In this document: positions 26,801-40,360 of the stretch, one piece after another
Layout: each line of letters opens with the position of its first letter
Numbering within the stretch: position 1 is the first letter of the stretch
NCBI GenBank assembly: GCA_964016885.1
Contig: OZ024742.1
Coordinates: 378,820,001-378,884,000 of the forward strand
DNA from: Eledone cirrhosa
Lineage: Eukaryota
Direction: 5' to 3'
Length of the DNA: 64,000 nt
Notes under the pieces: generated by a model
Told to the model about the DNA's origin: nothing
What the model saw: the letters and a program-made list of their open reading frames with translations, nothing else
The model's database searches: none
Program-made: the position numbers and the translations under genes

Positions 26801-29800
26801 TAGTGTGGTACGTGGTGATGTGGCGGGGTATGGTGTGGTGTGAGAAGTGTGTGGTTGTGGTGTGTGGTGGTATAGTGTGGTACGTGGTGATGTGGCGGGG
26901 TGTGGTATGGTGTGAGAAGTGTGTGGTTGTGGTGTGTGGTGGTATAGTGTGGTACGTGGTGATGTGGCGGGGTGTGGTGTGGTGTGAGAAGTGTGTGGTT
27001 GTGGTGTGTGGTGGTATAGTGTGGTACGTGGTGATGTGGCGGGGTATGGTGTGGTGTGAGAAGTGTGTCGTTGTGGTGTGTGTTAGTATGGTGTGGTACG
27101 TGGTGATGTGGCGGGGTATGGTGTGGTGTGAGAAGTGTGTGGTTGTGGTGTGTGGTGGTATAGTGTGGTACGTGGTGATGTGGCGGGGTATGGTGTGGTG
27201 TGAGAAGTGTGTCGTTGTGGTGTGTGTTAGTATAGCGTGGTATGTGGTGATGTGGCGGGGTATGGTGTGGTGTGAGAAGTGTGTGGTTGTGGTGTGTGGT
27301 GGTATAGTGTGGTACGTGGTGATGTGGCGGGGTATGGTGTGGTGTGAGAAGTGTGTGGTTGTGGTGTGTGGTGGTATAGTGTGGTACGTGGTGATGTGGC
27401 GGGGTATGGTGTGGTGTGAGAAGTGTGTGGTTGTGGTGTGTGGTAGTATAGTGTGGTACGTGGTGATGTGGCGGGGTATGGTGTGGTGTGAGAAGTGTGT
27501 GGTTGTGGTGTGTGTTAGTATAGTGTGGTACGTGGTGATGTGGCGGGGTATGGTGTGGTGTGAGAAGTGTGTGGTTGTGGTGTGTGGTGGTATAGTGTGG
27601 TACGTGGTGATGTGGCGGGGTATGGTGTGGTGTGAGAAGTGTGTGGTTGTGGTGTGTGGTGGTATAGTGTGGTACGTGGTGATGTGGCGGGTTATGGTGT
27701 GGTGTGAGAAGTGTGTGGTTGTGGTGTGTGGTGGTATAGTGTGGTACATGGTGATGTGGCGGGGTATGGTGTGGTGTGAGAAGTATGTGGTTGTCGTGTG
27801 TGTTAGTATAGTGTGGTACGTGGTGATGTGGCGGGGTATGGTGTGGTGTGAGAAGTGTGTGGTTGTGGTGTGTGTTAGTATAGTGTGGTACGTGGTGATG
27901 TGGCGGGGTATGGTGTGGTGTGAGAAGTGTGTGGTTGTGGTGTGTGGTAGTATAGTGTGGTACGTGGTGATGTGGCGGGGTATGGTGTGGTGTGAGAAGT
28001 GTGTGGTTGTGGTGTGTGGTAGTATAGTGTGGTACGAGGTGATGTGGCGGGGTATGGTGTGGTGTGAGAAGTGTGTGGTTGTGGTGTGTGGTGGTATAGT
28101 GTGGTACGTGGTGATGTGGCGGGGTAAGGTGTGGTGTGAGAAGTATGTGGTTGTGGTGTGTGGTGGTATAGTGTGGTACGTGGTGATGTGGCGGGGTATG
28201 GAGTGGTGTGAGAAGTATGTGGTTGTGGTGTGTGGTTGTATAGTGTGGTACGTGGTGATGTGGCGGGGTATGGTGTGGTGTGAGAAGTGTGTGGTTGTGG
28301 TGTGTGGTGGTATAGTGTGGTACGTGGTGATGTGGCGGGGTATGGTGTGGTGTGAGAAGTGTGTGATTGTGGTGTGTATTAGTATAGTGTGGTACGTGGT
28401 GATGTGGCGGGGTGTGGTGTGGTGTGAGAAGTGTGTGGTTGTGGTGTGTGTTAGTATAGTGTAGTACGTGGTGATGTGGCGGGGTATGGTGTGGTGTGAG
28501 AAGTGTGTGGTTGTGGTGTGTGGTAGTATAGTGTGGTACGTGGTGATGTGGTGGGGTGTGGTGTGGTGTGAGAAGTGTGTGCTTGTGGTGTGTGGTAGTA
28601 TAGTGTGGTACGTGGTGATGTGGCGGGGTATGGTGTGGTGTGAGAAGTATGTGGTTGTGGTGTGTGGTAGTATAGTGTGGTACGTGGTGATGTGGCGGGG
28701 TGTGGTGTGGTGTGAGAAGTGTGTGGTTGTGGTGTGTGGTGGTATAGTGTGGTACGTGGTGATGTGGCGGGGTATGGTGTGGTGTGAGAAGTGTGTGGTT
28801 GTGGTGTGTGGTGGTATAGTGTGGTACGTGGTGATGTGGCGAGGTATGGTGTGGTGTGAGAAGTATGTGGTTGTGGTGTGTGGTAGTATAGTGTGGTACG
28901 TGGTTATGTGGCGGGGTACGGTGTGGTGTGAGAAGTGTGTGGTTGTGGTGTGTGGTAGTATAGTGTGGTACGTGGTGATGTGGCGGGGTGTGGCGTGGTG
29001 TGAGAAGTGTGTGGTTGTGGTGTGTGGTAGTATAGTGTGGTACGTGGTGATGTGGCGGGGTATGGTGTGGTGTGAGAAGTGTGTGGTTGTGGTGTGTGTT
29101 AGTATAGTGTGGTACGTGGTGATGTGGCGGGCTGTGGTGTGGTGTGAGAAGTGTGTGGTTGTGGTGTGTGGTGGTATAGTGTGGTACGTGGTGATGTGGC
29201 GGGGTATGGTGTGGTGTGAGAAGTGTGTGGTTGTGGTGTGTGGTAGTATAGTGTGGTACGTGGTGATGTGGCGGGGTATGGTGTGGTGTGAGAAGTGTGT
29301 GGTTGTGGTGTGTGGTGGTATAGTGTGGTACGTGGTGATGTGGCGGGGTATGGTGTGGTGTGAGAAGTGTGTGTTTGTGGTGTGTGGTAGTATAGTGTGG
29401 TACGTGGTGATGTGGCGGGGTATGGTGTGGTGTGAGAAGTGTGTGGTTGTGGTGTGTGGTAGTATAGTGTGGTACGTGGTGATGTGGCGGGGTATGGTGT
29501 GGTGTGAGAAGTGTGTGGTTGTGGTGTGTGGTAGTATAGTGTGGTACGTGGTGATGTGGCGGGGTATGGTGTCGTGTGAGAAGTGTGTGGTTGTGGTGTG
29601 TGGTAGTATAGTGTGGTACGTGGTGATGTGGCGGGGTATGGTGTGGTGTGAGAAGTGTGTGGTTGTGGTGTGTGTTAGTATAGTGTGGTACGTGGTGATG
29701 TGGCGGGGTATGGTGTGGTGTGAGAAGTGTGTGGTTGTGGTGTGTGGTTGTGGTGTGTGTTAGTATAGTGTGGTACGTGGTGATGTGGCGGGGTATGGTG

Positions 29801-32800
29801 TGGTGTGAGAAGTATGTGGTTGTGGTGTGTGTTAGTATAGTGTGGTACGTGGTGATGTGGCGGGGTATGGTGTGGTGTGAGAAGTGTGTGGTTGTGGTGT
29901 GTGGTTGTGGTGTGTGGTAGTATAGTGTGGTACGTGGTGATGTGGCGGGGTATGGTGTGGTGTGAGAAGTGTGTGGTTGTGGTGTGTGGTGGTATAGTGT
30001 GGTACGTGGTGATGTGGCGGGGTATGGTGTGGTGTGAGAAGTGTGTGGTTGTGGTGTGTGGTGGTATAGTGTGGTACGTGGTGATGTGGCGGGGTATGGT
30101 GTGGTGTGAGAAGTGTGTGGTTGTGGTGTGTGGTGGTATAGTGTGGTACGTGGTGATGTGGCGAGGTATGGTGTGGTGTGAGAAGTATGTGGTTGTGGTG
30201 TGTGGTGGTATAGTGTGGTACGTGGTGATGTGGCGGGGCATGGTGTGGTGTGAGAAGTGTGTGGTTGTGCTGTGTGGTAGTATAGTGTGGTACGTGGTGA
30301 TGTGGCGGGGTGTGGTGTGGTGTGAGAAGTGTGTGGTTGTGGTGTGTGGTAGTATAGTGTGGTACGTGGTGATGTGGCGGGGTATGGTGTGGTGTGAGAA
30401 GTATGTGGTTGTGGTGTGTGGTGGTATAGTGTGGTACGTGGTGATGTGGCGGGGTATGGTGTGGTGTGAGAAGTGTTTGGTTGTGGTGTGTGGTAGTATA
30501 GTGTTGTACGTGGTGATGTGGCGGGGTATGGTGTGGTGTGAGAAGTGTGTGGTTGTGGTGTGTGGTGGTATAGTGTGGTACGTGGTGATGTGGCGGGGTG
30601 TGGTATGGTGTGAGAAGTGTGTGGTTGTGGTGTGTGGTGGTATAGTGTGGTACGTGGTGATGTGGCGGGGTGTGGTGTGGTGTGAGAAGTGTGTGGTTGT
30701 GGTGTGTGGTGGTATAGTGTGGTACGTGGTGATGTGGCGGGGTATGGTGTGGTGTGAGAAGTGTGTCGTTGTGGTGTGTGTTAGTATAGTGTGGTACGTG
30801 GTGATGTGGCGGGGTATGGTGTGGTGTGAGAAGTGTGTGGTTGTGGTGTGTGGTGGTATAGTGTGGTACGTGGTGATGTGGCGGGGTATGGTGTGGTGTG
30901 AGAAGTGTGTCGTTGTGGTGTGTGTTAGTATAGCGTGGTATGTGGTGATGTGGCGGGGTATGGTGTGGTGTGAGAAGTGTGTGGTTGTGGTGTGTGGTGG
31001 TATAGTGTGGTACGTGGTGATGTGGCGGGGTATGGTGTGGTGTGAGAAGTGTGTGGTTGTGGTGTGTGGTGGTATAGTGTGGTACGTGGTGATGTGGCGG
31101 GGTATGGTGTGGTGTGAGAAGTGTGTGGTTGTGGTGTGTGGTAGTATAGTGTGGTACGTGGTGATGTGGCGGGGTATGGTGTGGTGTGAGAAGTGTGTGG
31201 TTGTGGTGTGTGTTAGTATAGTGTGGTACGTGGTGATGTGGCGGGGTATGGTGTGGTGTGAGAAGTGTGTGGTTGTGGTGTGTGGTGGTATAGTGTGGTA
31301 CGTGGTGATGTGGCGGGGTATGGTGTGGTGTGAGAAGTGTGTGGTTGTGGTGTGTGGTGGTATAGTGTGGTACGTGGTGATGTGGCGGGTTATGGTGTGG
31401 TGTGAGAAGTGTGTGGTTGTGGTGTGTGGTGGTATAGTGTGGTACATGGTGATGTGGCGGGGTATGGTGTGGTGTGAGAAGTATGTGGTTGTGGTGTGTG
31501 TTAGTATAGTGTGGTACGTGGTGATGTGGCGGGGTATGGTGTGGTGTGAGAAGTGTGTGGTTGTGGTGTGTGTTAGTATAGTGTGGTACGTGGTGATGTG
31601 GCGGGGTATGGTGTGGTGTGAGAAGTGTGTGGTTGTGGTGTGTGGTAGTATAGTGTGGTACGTGGTGATGTGGCGGGGTATGGTGTGGTGTGAGAAGTGT
31701 GTGGTTGTGGTGTGTGGTAGTATAGTGTGGTACGAGGTGATGTGGCGGGGTATGGTGTGGTGTGAGAAGTGTGTGGTTGTGGTGTGTGGTGGTATAATGT
31801 GGTACGTGGTGATGTGGCGGGGTAAGGTGTGGTGTGAGAAGTATGTGGTTGTGGTGTGTGGTGGTATAGTGTGGTACGTGGTGATGTGGCGGGGTATGGT
31901 GTGGTGTGAGAAGTGTGTGGTTGTGGTGTGTGGTGGTATAGTGTGGTACGTGGTGATGTGGCGGGGTATGGTGTGGTGTGAGAAGTGTGTGATTGTGGTG
32001 TGTATTAGTATAGTGTGGTACGTGGTGATGTGGCGGGGTGTGGTGTGGTGTGAGAAGTGTGTGGTTGTGGTGTGTGTTAGTATAGTGTAGTACGTGGTGA
32101 TGTGGCGGGGTATGGTGTGGTGTGAGAAGTGTGTGGTTGTGGTGTGTGGTAGTATAGTGTGGTACGTGGTGATGTGGTGGGGTGTGGTGTGGTGTGAGAA
32201 GTGTGTGCTTGTGGTGTGTGGTAGTATAGTGTGGTACGTGGTGATGTGGCGGGGTATGGTGTGGTGTGAGAAGTATGTGGTTGTGGTGTGTGGTAGTATA
32301 GTGTGGTACGTGGTGATGTGGCGGGGTGTGGTGTGGTGTGAGAAGTGTGTGGTTGTGGTGTGTGGTGGTATAGTGTGGTACGTGGTGATGTGGCGGGGTA
32401 TGGTGTGGTGTGAGAAGTGTGTGGTTGTGGTGTGTGGTGGTATAGTGTGGTACGTGGTGATGTGGCGAGGTATGGTGTGGTGTGAGAAGTATGTGGTTGT
32501 GGTGTGTGGTAGTATAGTGTGGTACGTGGTTATGTGGCGGGGTACGGTGTGGTGTGAGAAGTGTGTGGTTGTGGTGTGTGGTAGTATAGTGTGGTACGTG
32601 GTGATGTGGCGGGGTGTGGTGTGGTGTGAGAAGTGTGTGGTTGTGGTGTGTGGTAGTATAGTGTGGTACGTGGTGATGTGGCGGGGTATGGTGTGGTGTG
32701 AGAAGTGTGTGGTTGTGGTGTGTGTTAGTATAGTGTGGTACGTGGTGATGTGGCGGGGTACGGTGTGGTGTGAGAAGTGTGTGGTTGTGGTGTGTGGTAG

Positions 32801-34070
32801 TATAGTGTGGTACGTGGTGATGTGGCGGGGTATGGTGTGGTGTGAGAAGTATGTGGTTGTGGTGTGTGGTAGTATAGTGTGGTACGTGGTGATGTGGCGG
32901 GGTATGGTGTGGTGTGAGAAGTGTGTGGTTGTGGTGTGTGTTAGTATAGTGTGGTACGTGGTGATGTGGCGGGGTACGGTGTGGTGTGAGAAGTGTGTGG
33001 TTGTGGTGTGTGGTAGTATAGTGTGGTACGTGGTGATGTGGCGGGGTATGGTGTGGTGTGAGAAGTATGTGGTTGTGGTGTGTGGTAGTATAGTGTGGTA
33101 CGTGGTGATGTGGCGGGGTATGGTGTGGTGTGAGAAGTGTGTGGTGTGTGGTGTGTGGTGGTATAGTGTGGTACGTGGTGATGTGGCGGGGTATGGTGTG
33201 GTGTGAGAAGTGTGTGGTTGTGGTGTGTGTTAGTATAGTGTGGTACGTGGTGATGTGGCGGGGTACGGTGTGGTGTGAGAAGTGTGTGGTTGTGGTGTGT
33301 GGTAGTATAGTGTGGTACGTGGTGATGTGGCGGGGTATGGTGTTTTGTGAGAAGTGTGTGGTTGTGGTGTGTGGTGGTATAGTGTGGTACGTGGTGATGT
33401 GGCGGGGTATGGTGTGGTGTGAGAAGTATGTGGTTGTGGTGTGTGGTAGTATAGTGTGGTACGCGGTGATGTGGCGGGGTATGGTGTTAGTGTGAGAAGT
33501 ATGTGGTTGTGGTGTGTGGTGGTATAGTGTGGTACGTGGTGATGTGGCGGGGTATGGTGTGGTGTGAGAAGTGTGTGGTTGTGGTGTGTGTTAGTATAGT
33601 GTGGTACGTGGTGATGTGGCGGGGTACGGTGTGGTGTGAGAAGTGTGTGGTTGTGGTGTGTGGTAGTATAGTGTGGTACGTGGTGATGTGGCGGGGTATG
33701 GTGTTTTGTGAGAAGTGTGTGGTTGTGGTGTGTGGTGGTATAGTGTGGTACGTGGTGATGTGGCGGGGTATGGTGTGGTGTGAGAAGTATGTGGTTGTGG
33801 TGTGTGGTAGTATAGTGTGGTACGCGGTGATGTGGCGGGGTATGGTGTTAGTGTGAGAAGTATGTGGTTGTGGTGTGTGGTGGTATAGTGTGGTACGTGG
33901 TGATGTGGCGGGGTATGGTGTGGTGTGAGAAGTGTGTGGTTGTGGTGTGTGTTAGTATAGTGTGGTACGTGGTGATGTGGCGGGGTATGGTGTGGTGTGA
34001 GAAGTGTGTGGTTGTGGTGTGTGGTGGTATAGTGTGGTACGTGGTGATGTGGCGGGGTATGGTGTGGTGT
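14830..34070. repeat. 72-bp G/T-rich satellite, about 267 copies, with higher-order structure
   Basis: Unit GTGTGAGAAGTGTGTGGTTGTGGTGTGTGGTAGTATAGTGTGGTACGTGGTGATGTGGCGGGGTATGGTGTG, seen as a 24-aa period in the ORF track. Copy number estimated from length divided by 72. Confidence 0.98.
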
Positions 34071-36409
34071 GGTTTAGTGTGTAGTAATGTAGTGCAGCGG
34101 GGTGAGTTGTGGTGTATTTTAGTGTGATGTGGTGTGTTGTAGTGTTGGGTGGTATGAGGGAATGAAGTATGATTTGCTGAGGTGTGGTGTGGTGTAGTAT
34201 TATGTAGTGTTTGTAATTTAGTGAGGTCGGGTAGTGAGGTGGGGTGGTTTTAAGTGTTGTAGTGTGGTGTACTGTAGTTTGGTGGGGTGTTGTGTGGTGT
34301 ACTGCGGTTTAATTTTTCCCGATATAGTAGTGTGTAGTTTGGCGAGGTTGGGTGTGGTGTACTGTTTATGGGGTAGTGGAGTGGGATGGGGTATGCTGTG
34401 GTATGATGCTTCAAGGAGTGGTAGGGTATAACGGTGTGTGGTGTATTTTCTTGTGGTTTAGTTGATTGAGTGGAGTGGTGTGGCTTGGTATATGGTGGTT
34501 GAATTTCGGTGAGTGGTGTGGCATGGTGTGGTATGGTGTGGTGTGATGTGGTGGAGGATTGTGGTGTGGGGGTGATATCCTGTAGTTCAGTGTAGGGGGA
34601 GGGTGTAGTGTAGTTTGAGGTGGTGTGGTTAGATTTACTGAGGTATAGTGGGGTATAGGGTGGAGTATGTGGTGGGATGTGGGGTAGTGCGGTGTTTGGT
34701 GGGGTAGGGTTTATGGAGTGGGATGGGGTGAGGTTACTGAACTTATAATTTTTCTCTTTATACTCTTTTCTCTTTAATTTGATCATAGTCTGAATTAATT
34801 ACCTATTAGATGAATAATCAGAGTTATCCCACTTTCGTTTACCACATGTCTACCACGTCATTTCTTTGACAACTAAAATGTCATCAAGGGACGTGCACAG
34901 AGTTTAGTGGCGCTAAATAAAGTATAATGTTCTGAGGCAGTATTAATTTAATTTAATTTTAATGGTTTGTAGACTGTATTTGTATTTTTATCTTTATTTT
35001 TGTATCTATTCCATTTAATCTCTGATTATATATTTGAATTTGACCATATTTAGCAAACATGCTAAGGTATTTAGCGTATTTAACAACTTGTGCACGAGCG
35101 TTGATTTCCTTTTGTTTTGTTTAGACTGGTTGGCTATGCTGATCGTAGTTGCTGTGGCCAGAAATTCTATTCACATGTTCGAGACAGAATCGTATGTGCA
35201 GACTTGGCTTGAAATGATTCTTGAACAATTTTTAATGTTGACCTGTGATTTTTTTACATGGAGTGGTTGTTTATTGTAGTAATCCAGCATGCATTTTCTT
35301 GGGTTTTGATGTAATTGTTTCGCTTAATATACTACTACGTATATTTAACCCGTGAGGATATGTAAAATATGTAAACAATTAGTCCTGCTTGTATTGCTAA
35401 TTATGCATGAAACTTTGCCAATTATTTTATAACAACTTTTATAACAACTAATATATTGAAACTGCTTCAACTCTATCGCACTCTAGCCTAAATTCTGCTT
35501 GTGCATAGCTTCTTTTTATGCCTTGAATGTATTTACTTCTTTCACTCAGCAATACCTTATAATAACCATATTTACTTGTGTGAGGCTTGTGCATTTGTGA
35601 TACCTTTCTATATACTTGTGAACACCAATTGGCTACCTAGTTAGGGTACCTACTGATATACCTTGTGTATGTATATTATGGTAGTCATTCGGATTAGTGT
35701 GGTCTTTGGGATGTACCAAAAAGATCTCTTTACGCCTGTATATAGACTATTGAGATCCTACTAGCTTATGTTGCTAGGAACTGCGCTTGTAATATCTTGC
35801 TTTCTCTAAGTACTCATAACATATAACTTTTTCTCAATTTATTAAATATTTTTAATCCTTTTTAATTTAATTTTATCATATTATTATATTATTTTATTAT
35901 TTTATCATTTATTATTATTTTAATATACTTTTTATATTTATTTATTGTATTTTAATTTATTTTTAGTATTTTTTATTTAATTATTTTACTTTATTTTATT
36001 TATTTTATTTTATTTTATTTTACTTTATTTCATTTTATTCTATTATCTTTATTATTATTTTTTATTTTTTATTTTTTATCTTTATTTTTATCTGTTTTAT
36101 TACTTTAATATAATTTATATTATGTTTTAACATTTGCCTGTATTTTTTATGTATTTTTATGTATTTTTTATGTATTTTTTATGTATGTTTATGTATTTAT
36201 TATGTACTTTTTAATGATTTCACACTTTTTGATTTTACATTCTGCATTTTTTAGTGCCATCTACTGTGTCTTCATCTTGTTGAATCCAGTTGTGCATTGG
36301 TATTTTGCAGTGATGCTTAGTAACCCCAGCATCAACCTCTTTCTTAGCTTTCTCCAATCCCCCTATTATTTTTTCTGATTGTTCGTGTGACTAAGTGTTT
36401 GTGGAGCTT

Positions 36410-36498
36410 ATACTCAACACTGTATTTATTAGGCTCTGATGATTCCTGCCAAAAGGTGAGGATGAAACATTGTTAGTGAATAAAGACTGTTTGAGTAT
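36410..36498 (+). ncRNA. Type I hammerhead ribozyme with extended stem I
   Basis: GCT-CTGATGA-T-TCCT gcc aaaa ggt g AGGA-T-GAAACA t TGT T-AGT. Outer pairings are TTTATT/AATAAA and ATACTCAA/TTGAGTAT. Confidence 0.75.
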
Positions 36499-36623
36499 GT
36501 AAGCGTTCTTTGGTTTCTTTTGCATATAACGGCTCTGTCCATGTACATTGAGCTAACACAATACGGCAATAATACAGTACGGTGAGTAGGTGTTTATGCA
36601 CATACTCTCCGCACTTTACGTAA

Positions 36624-37819
<1,196 letters not shown>

Positions 37820-38437
37820 GTATATATATGTATATATATATATAGAGAGAGAGAATACTAAAAGCTTGCTTGTCTGTAATATAATACAGCTAAAAGGGTC
37901 CATAATGGGAAAATACTTTGAAAGGAAGTTGCCCCGGAAATGGGAATACAAATGGAATAAAACAAGTTTCGCGTAAATCGGAGCACGGGCCCCGAGATAA
38001 GGGGTTTTTTCCGGGTACCTTCAAAGAGGTAGAAAGATAGAGAGGAAAAGATAGTTGTTGTGACAGAGTAAATTGAAAGAGAGACATAGAGAGAGGGAGA
38101 GGAGACAGAGAAGGCGAATGGAAGAGAGCTGGTGGTGTGGTGGTGTATATATATATATGTGTGCGTGTATGTATATATGTGTGTGTGTGTTTATGACCAG
38201 TGTATATAGATCACAGACACCCACATATATATACGCACACACATATATATGTGTATACACACACACATTTATATTTATATACATACACACACGTATATAT
38301 ATGGGTCTTCCAGTTTCATTTCACATTATATAGATGTCTGTATATATCTTAATTATTTAAAAATTATTTTTAAATGAACATGATTTAAAAAAAATAGTTT
38401 GAAGTGAACGTGACCCAAAAGGGTCACGGGTGGTCTA

Positions 38438-38525
<88 letters not shown>

Positions 38526-38569
38526 ACGTACATACATATATGTATACAGACGTACAGTAGTATGTATAT

Positions 38570-38993
38570 ATATGTATGTATACGTACATACATATATGTA
38601 TACAGACGTACAGTAGTATATATATATACATACATGCACACACATATATATATGTACATATGGATTCACCGAACATTTATTATAATGCTCGGTGTGTTTG
38701 TAAACAAACATCCCGAATTAAGCCGTTCGATCATCTGGCAGGAAGGTATACGTTGCTGACGATAGCTAATAAGCTTGAAACTAATACAGTGTTCCTTTGT
38801 CAGTGTTGAACAAATGAGCAACGATGGTTGCTAGACACTGTACTGCTTAATTCGGGATGTTTGTTTACAAACACACCGAGCATTATAATAAACGTTCGGT
38901 GAATCCATACGTACCTATATATGTGTGCATGTATGTATATATATATACATACTACTGTACGTCTGTATACATATATGTATGTACGTATACATA
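38570..38993 (+). mobile_element. Fold-back HHR cassette (inverted arms ~38570-38723 and 38845-38993)
   Basis: Near-perfect arms of about 150 bp around a 120-bp core carrying an HHR, embedded in (TA)n. Confidence 0.8.
38750..38792 (+). ncRNA. Type I hammerhead motif
   Basis: ACGTTG-CTGACGA-T AGCT aata AGCT T-GAAACTAAT A-CAGTGT. Stem III is one change away from the ACTAGT palindrome. Confidence 0.6.
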
Positions 38994-39072
38994 CTTATAT
39001 TTAAGTAACAGCCGTACTAAGAGTGAGAAATTAAATTTCGTTTCATTTTTTCCGTTTATGTATATATATATA

Positions 39073-39236
39073 TATTTATTAAAATAACAAATTAAAGTTT
39101 AAGCAAAGAATCGCTTAAACTTTAATCTATTATTTTAATAAATATTTACTCTACGGTTCTCATATATTTGATATGTATTTATCCTTATCGAGCCCTCTTT
39201 GGATTTTAGTCTTCAAATTTATTATTATTATTATTA
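39073..39236 (+). mobile_element. pLTR fragment with a fold-back end (family also at 62085-62250)
   Basis: Hairpin at 39073-39104/39113-39144, and ~90%-looking similarity (by eye) to 62120-62250. Confidence 0.65.
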
Positions 39237-39340
39237 CGAGGTTAACTTTGCCTTTCATCCTTACGGGGTCGATCAAATAAAGTACCAGTAATGTACTGCG
39301 GTAATTGCTGGCCTTGTGCCAAAAGTAGAAACAATTATTA
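39237..39340 (+). mobile_element. 5'-truncated Nin/Deu-type SINE
   Basis: Core and tail match 11704-11888. Confidence 0.8.
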
Positions 39341-39619
39341 CTATATATATATATATATGTGGGGGGGGATGTGTGTGTGTGTGGGTGTGTATGTGTGTGT
39401 GTCTGATGGTAGCTAAGATGCTTCCATAGGCGGTATGCCAGTTAAGCACTCTATGCTCTTACAGAGCAGAGTATGATAGAATATATATTCTCTCTCTCTA
39501 TATATATATATATATGAATGTATGTACAGTATATTTGACAATATACTGTATGTTTAATTAAAAACATTTAGAAGACCATGCGCTATCATTCTTAAAGTAG
39601 TGACTATGTCACTTACTTC

Positions 39620-39710
39620 TTTTCGGCGAAAGAAAGAAGAGAAGCTGATAGTCTGTTTCACGCTGGCTAGCGTTCATCAGAGCCACGTACTTCCCTGCTT
39701 TCGCCGAAAA
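39620..39710 (-). ncRNA. Type I hammerhead ribozyme with extended stem I
   Basis: Minus strand GCT-CTGATGA-ACGCT agcc AGCGT-GAAACAG a CTAT C-AGC, closed by a perfect 13-bp helix TTTTCGGCGAAAG/CTTTCGCCGAAAA. Confidence 0.75.
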
Positions 39711-39778
39711 TTATAGAAGCTGGATTCTTATAGAATTCCAGTAATAATCAGAAGTTGATTATATATATATATATATAT

Positions 39779-39877
<99 letters not shown>

Positions 39878-40222
39878 TGTATGTGAATAGAATAATATAT
39901 GCCCATTTGTGTACATGTCTTTGTGTATGTGTATTTGCGTGGGTGTAATGGTCCTTATTACTCTGTTTAGTTTAAGAATCAAATTGAAAATAACTGGAAG
40001 CCAAATCTCATTTCAAGTTATCTTCACCTTTATTAAGTGTAGAACTTGTGTAGTTCAATATTACATATTCCACATAGAATTTACAGACATATATAAAGGT
40101 ATTGCCTTATATGTATCATATATATGCTTGTGTGATGATACAGGCATAACCATACTTAAAAACAGGAAGTACGGTCCTGTGTTCGCTTATATCTTAAATA
40201 TCATATGCATATGTGTATATGC

Positions 40223-40352
<130 letters not shown>

Positions 40353-40360
40353 ATATATAT

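Larger units (their letters stand above)
11905..36622 (+). mobile_element. Whole Naiad element with its 3' UTR inflated by a satellite array
   Basis: ORF, G/T-rich UTR (13860-14830), array, the same G/T-rich UTR resuming (34070-34740), T-rich UTR, HHR at 36433, then (TA)n. No junction or TSD separates the array from the UTR. Continuity is inferred. Confidence 0.65.

Noticed and set aside
14830-34070. CRISPR array or true telomere
   Set aside because: There are no unique spacers and no canonical TTAGGG units, and the array is interstitial.
14753-34127. Very long Val/Cys/Trp-rich (+) and His/Thr-rich (-) ORFs
   Set aside because: These are by-products of a stop-free 72-bp unit. Frameshifts and stops occur and are propagated in duplicated blocks, and there is no unique coding flank or signal peptide.
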